A stretch of DNA of 55,827 nucleotides from the NCBI GenBank assembly GCA_002170275.2, contig NHFH02000012.1:1-55827 (forward strand). The letters are read 5' to 3'. The notes beneath the pieces are model-generated. The model did not search any database, was not told the origin of the DNA, and saw only the letters and a list, made by a program, of their open reading frames with translations. A program made the position numbers and the translations under genes. Below, in pieces: positions 52,353-55,827 of this stretch. This DNA comes from Candidatus Pelagibacter sp. TMED106. GTDB lineage: Bacteria; Pseudomonadota; Alphaproteobacteria; Pelagibacterales; Pelagibacteraceae. Each line of letters begins with the position of its first letter. Position 1 is the first letter of the stretch.

Positions 52353-53203
52353 TGTCTAATAAAAACTACCTGTCAATTTATGCAAAGTCCTTTAATTGGG
52401 CTGGTTTCTTTTTGCCAAATAAAACTTATCAAAAATGTTCCTCTCTATATGATTTTTGTAGAACTGTAGATAATATCGCAGACCATGATGGTGAATTAGA
52501 TATCAAAAAAAAAAATTTATCAGCTTTTAAAAATGATTTTATTAATAAAAATTACAATAATATAATAATTAAGAATATGTGGAATCTTATGAATAATCAT
52601 CTGATTTCAATAAAAATTGTTGAAGACTTATTTAATGGTGTTGAATCAGATTTAAATAAAAAAGTCCAATTAGACAATAAAAAAGATTTGATAATTTATT
52701 CTTACAGAGTCGCTGGCACAGTGGGCTTAATGATGGCAAAAATTTTAAATGTTAAAGATCAAAATTCAATGAAAGCTGCTGTAGACTTGGGTATTGCAAT
52801 GCAATTAACAAATATCGCTAGGGATGTTGTGGAAGATTCGAATATTAACAGATTTTATATTAAGAATGATTATGAAACAATATGTAACACTTTAGCCTTA
52901 GCTGATTTATTTTACAAAAGTTCATTTACAGCTATAAAGCAAATACCTTTTAAATTTAGATTTGCCATACTTGTTGCTAGAAGAGTATATAAAAAAATAG
53001 GTGATAAAATTTTAAGAACAGGAAATATAGAGGCTTATAATAAAGCAGGTAAGATTTATGTAAATAATATTGAAAAAATTTTTCAAACAATTTTTTCAAT
53101 ATTTGATTTAATAACACTTATATTAACAAAACAAAAAAGTAGCTATATGAATAATGAACATTTTTTAATTAGTGAGGAAATAAATTTAGATGAAAGAATT
53201 TGA
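52352..53203 (+). CDS. crtB: Phytoene synthase
   Basis: KSF, LYDFCRTVDNIAD, YSYRVAGTVG and LGIAMQLTNIARDVVED. Confidence 0.96.
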   Translation: MSNKNYLSIYAKSFNWAGFFLPNKTYQKCSSLYDFCRTVDNIADHDGELDIKKKNLSAFKNDFINKNYNNIIIKNMWNLMNNHLISIKIVEDLFNGVESDLNKKVQLDNKKDLIIYSYRVAGTVGLMMAKILNVKDQNSMKAAVDLGIAMQLTNIARDVVEDSNINRFYIKNDYETICNTLALADLFYKSSFTAIKQIPFKFRFAILVARRVYKKIGDKILRTGNIEAYNKAGKIYVNNIEKIFQTIFSIFDLITLILTKQKSSYMNNEHFLISEEINLDERI

Positions 53204-54254
53204 TTATATAATTTTAGGTGGAGGCTGTGCTGGTTTATCTTTAGCTTATGAGCTAGATATTAATAAAAAATTAAATAAAAAAACTTTAGCTATAATTGAA
53301 ACTAGAGATAAATATAAAAGAGATAAAACATGGTCATTTTGGAAAGTTACTGATCATAATTTTGATGATTGTGTTATCAAAAGCTGGAACAATTTTTCTA
53401 TCAATAGCAAATTAGGATCACATGAAGTTGTAAATAAAGAATATCCTTACCAAAGTATAGATAGTGGTTTATTCTATAGAAAAGTCTTAAATCAATTAAA
53501 ACAAAATAAAAATATTCAATTTTTTAAAAATACAGATCAATTAAATTTAAACAATTCATTTATATTTAATAGCATTCCATCAAAAGGAGATTATTCAACA
53601 AATCTTTGGCAACATTTTAAAGGTATAGAAATTGAAACTCCTAAAGATATTTTTGATGATGAAATTTTTAACTTAATGGATTTTGATTGTGATCAAAGAG
53701 ATAATGTACACTTTTTTTATACTTTACCTTTTGCAAAAAATAAGGCTTTAATTGAAACAACTTGGCTCTCAAAAATGGATGGTAAATCTTTAAATGATTA
53801 TGATATTCAATTAGAAATATATATCAAAGAAACTCTTAAAATAGAAAATTACAAAATTAATTATCAAGAAGAAGGAGCAATACCTTTGTTTTATCCAGAG
53901 AATAAAACAGATAAAAATAAAATAAATATTGGATCTGCTGGAGGCATGACCCGTTTAAGCACTGGTTATACTTTTCTTAATATTCAGGATCATAGCAAAT
54001 ATATAACTAATAATATTGAAAAAATTCAAAATACAAAAGTTTACCATATTGGAAAAAAGTATGAATTACTTGATTATATATTTTTAAATGTTTTGAAAAA
54101 TAATCCAGATAAAATGACAAAAATATTTTTAAATATGTTTAAAGCATCTTCTAAAACAGTTATAAAATTTCTATCAAATAAAAGTAATTTTTTTGAGGAT
54201 TTGGGAATAATTTTAAAAATGCCTAAATGGATATTTATTAAAAATATTTTTTAA
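53190..54254 (+). CDS. crtY: Lycopene beta-cyclase
   Basis: DYIILGGGCAGLSLA, DKTWSFW, LMDF, FFYTLPF, EEGAIP and GG..R.STGY. Confidence 0.93.
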   Translation: MKEFDYIILGGGCAGLSLAYELDINKKLNKKTLAIIETRDKYKRDKTWSFWKVTDHNFDDCVIKSWNNFSINSKLGSHEVVNKEYPYQSIDSGLFYRKVLNQLKQNKNIQFFKNTDQLNLNNSFIFNSIPSKGDYSTNLWQHFKGIEIETPKDIFDDEIFNLMDFDCDQRDNVHFFYTLPFAKNKALIETTWLSKMDGKSLNDYDIQLEIYIKETLKIENYKINYQEEGAIPLFYPENKTDKNKINIGSAGGMTRLSTGYTFLNIQDHSKYITNNIEKIQNTKVYHIGKKYELLDYIFLNVLKNNPDKMTKIFLNMFKASSKTVIKFLSNKSNFFEDLGIILKMPKWIFIKNIF

Positions 54255-54259
54255 ATTAG

Positions 54260-55165
54260 ATGAATAAAATAAATTATTATCATTCATTAATTTTTTTTAA
54301 TTTTTGTATATTATTATCAGCATTTGAATTTTTAAGAAATAATAATCTACTTATTTTATGTTTGTTTCTTATATTAAGTTTGGGAATTTCACATGGAGCA
54401 TTAGATCATATAAAGGGGAAAAAAATTTTAAAAATACTAAATTATAAATCTACCTCAACATTCTATATTTTATATATTTGTATTGGGGCAAGTATAATTC
54501 TGTTATGGCTATTATTTTCTAGCATTTTATTATTAATTTTTTTATTAGTCGCATCATACCATTTTGGTAAAGAAGACTCTGAATTTATAAATGATAAATC
54601 TAATTCTGATTTAATTTATTTTTTTAAAGGATCTTTGATAATAACGGCCCCCTTATTATTTCATAAAACTAAAACTCTAGATATTTTTATTAATCTAAAT
54701 TTTGATATTTCACAAAGTTTATTTATATCGAATGAATTTCTATACATATTTATAGTGATTAGTTTTTTTGCAAATGTTATTATTTCATTAAATAAACAAT
54801 TAGATATAAAATCACTACTATTGATGGACTTTTTATCCATCCTACTACTTAACTACTTCTTGAATCCAATTTTAGCATTTACTATTTATTTTTGCTTTTT
54901 ACACTCTATTAGACATTCATTTAAATTATCTAATGAGCTAAATAAAAAAAATTTTATTAAAGGATTTAAAGAATTTTTAATAAAAGCAATACCATTAACT
55001 ATTTTAACTGCTGTTTTATTCTTAATTTCACTATTTTTTTTAAATAAATATTACTTTTTAGATAATGCTATATCAAAAGTAATATTTATTGGTTTGGCGT
55101 CTTTAACCTTTCCACATATATTGCTGGAATATTTTTTAGAAAAAAATGAAACGCAAAGAAATTAA
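54260..55165 (+). CDS. blh: Beta-carotene 15,15'-dioxygenase, Brp/Blh family
   Basis: Four His motifs (SHGALD, YHFG, LHSIRH, LTFPH) in a polytopic membrane protein following crtIBY. Confidence 0.95.
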   Translation: MNKINYYHSLIFFNFCILLSAFEFLRNNNLLILCLFLILSLGISHGALDHIKGKKILKILNYKSTSTFYILYICIGASIILLWLLFSSILLLIFLLVASYHFGKEDSEFINDKSNSDLIYFFKGSLIITAPLLFHKTKTLDIFINLNFDISQSLFISNEFLYIFIVISFFANVIISLNKQLDIKSLLLMDFLSILLLNYFLNPILAFTIYFCFLHSIRHSFKLSNELNKKNFIKGFKEFLIKAIPLTILTAVLFLISLFFLNKYYFLDNAISKVIFIGLASLTFPHILLEYFLEKNETQRN

Positions 55166-55827
55166 AATTTTACTTGCCGCCCCTAGAGGGTTCTGTGCTG
55201 GTGTAGAGCGTGCTATAGAAATTGTAAAAAAGAGTATTGATAAATATGGAGCGCCGGTTTATGTCAGGCATGAAATTGTTCATAACAAGTACGTGGTGGA
55301 TGGTTTAAAAAAAATTGGTGCTATTTTTGTTGAAGAGCTTGAAGAAATTAAAGATAAATCTAGACCAGTAATTTTTTCTGCTCACGGGGTACCAAAAAAA
55401 GTTCCCGCTGAAGCAGAAAAATTAAAAATGGAATATGTGGATGCAACGTGTCCTCTTGTATCAAAAGTTCATAGAGAAGCAGAAAATTTAAATAAAAATG
55501 GAATTCAAATTTTATTAATTGGCCACAAAAATCATCCGGAAGTTATAGGAACTATGGGTCAAATACCTAAGGGTGAAATAGATCTTATTGAAAATATTTA
55601 TGATGCTAACAATTATCAAAATAAATCTAATAAGAAATTAGCTTTTGTAACACAAACAACTCTTTCTGTTGATGATACAAAAGAAATAATATTAGCATTA
55701 AAGAAAAAATTTCCAGAAATCAAAGAGCCAAAAAAAGAAGATATTTGTTATGCAACAACAAATAGACAAGCTGCTGTTAAAAAAATTGCAGAAAAGTGTG
55801 ATATGTTTTTTGTTATTGGAAGCAGAA
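55146..55827 (+). CDS. ispH: 4-hydroxy-3-methylbut-2-enyl diphosphate reductase (runs off the window end)
   Basis: Hand-translated from ATG 55146: [42 protein letters not shown] and [10 protein letters not shown]. Confidence 0.97.
   Translation, partial: MKRKEIKILLAAPRGFCAGVERAIEIVKKSIDKYGAPVYVRHEIVHNKYVVDGLKKIGAIFVEELEEIKDKSRPVIFSAHGVPKKVPAEAEKLKMEYVDATCPLVSKVHREAENLNKNGIQILLIGHKNHPEVIGTMGQIPKGEIDLIENIYDANNYQNKSNKKLAFVTQTTLSVDDTKEIILALKKKFPEIKEPKKEDICYATTNRQAAVKKIAEKCDMFFVIGSR

Overview
Very AT-rich, extremely compact alphaproteobacterial core-genome segment. Gene content, gene order and near-absent intergenic DNA point to SAR11 / Pelagibacterales (inference). It carries the 5' part of the RNase P RNA gene (rnpB) and three tRNAs: Ile2-CAT, an atypical Val-GAC, and Gln-TTG. 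About 55 protein genes follow: amidase, mlaA/mlaC, a WaaL-like ligase, rpoD-dnaG-yqeY, carAB, trxB, aspartate aminotransferase, uvrB-SDR-folB-uvrC-pgsA, ilvE, MarR-OmpR-EnvZ, ubiK, lgt-midA-pgeF-prs-rplY-pth-ychF, petABC, trmL-hemF-greA, cca, ispE, udg-rnhB-ccrM, mutY, dciA-dsbA-smc, the F0 ATP synthase operon, crtIBY-blh (retinal synthesis) and a truncated ispH. I found no mobile element, prophage, CRISPR array or defence island, and no clearly new multi-gene system. The oddities lie inside core genes and tiny intergenic spaces. These are a 798-aa SMC with no recognisable hinge, a tRNA-Val with a rewired D/T-loop elbow, two unannotated coupled small membrane ORFs after carB, and degenerate metal or substrate sites in DnaG, UDG and MutY. 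There are also paired GANTC sites and an NrdR-like box before ccrM, a tRNA ending 3 nt before the cca start codon, and two homopolymer frameshifts (mlaC, dciA).
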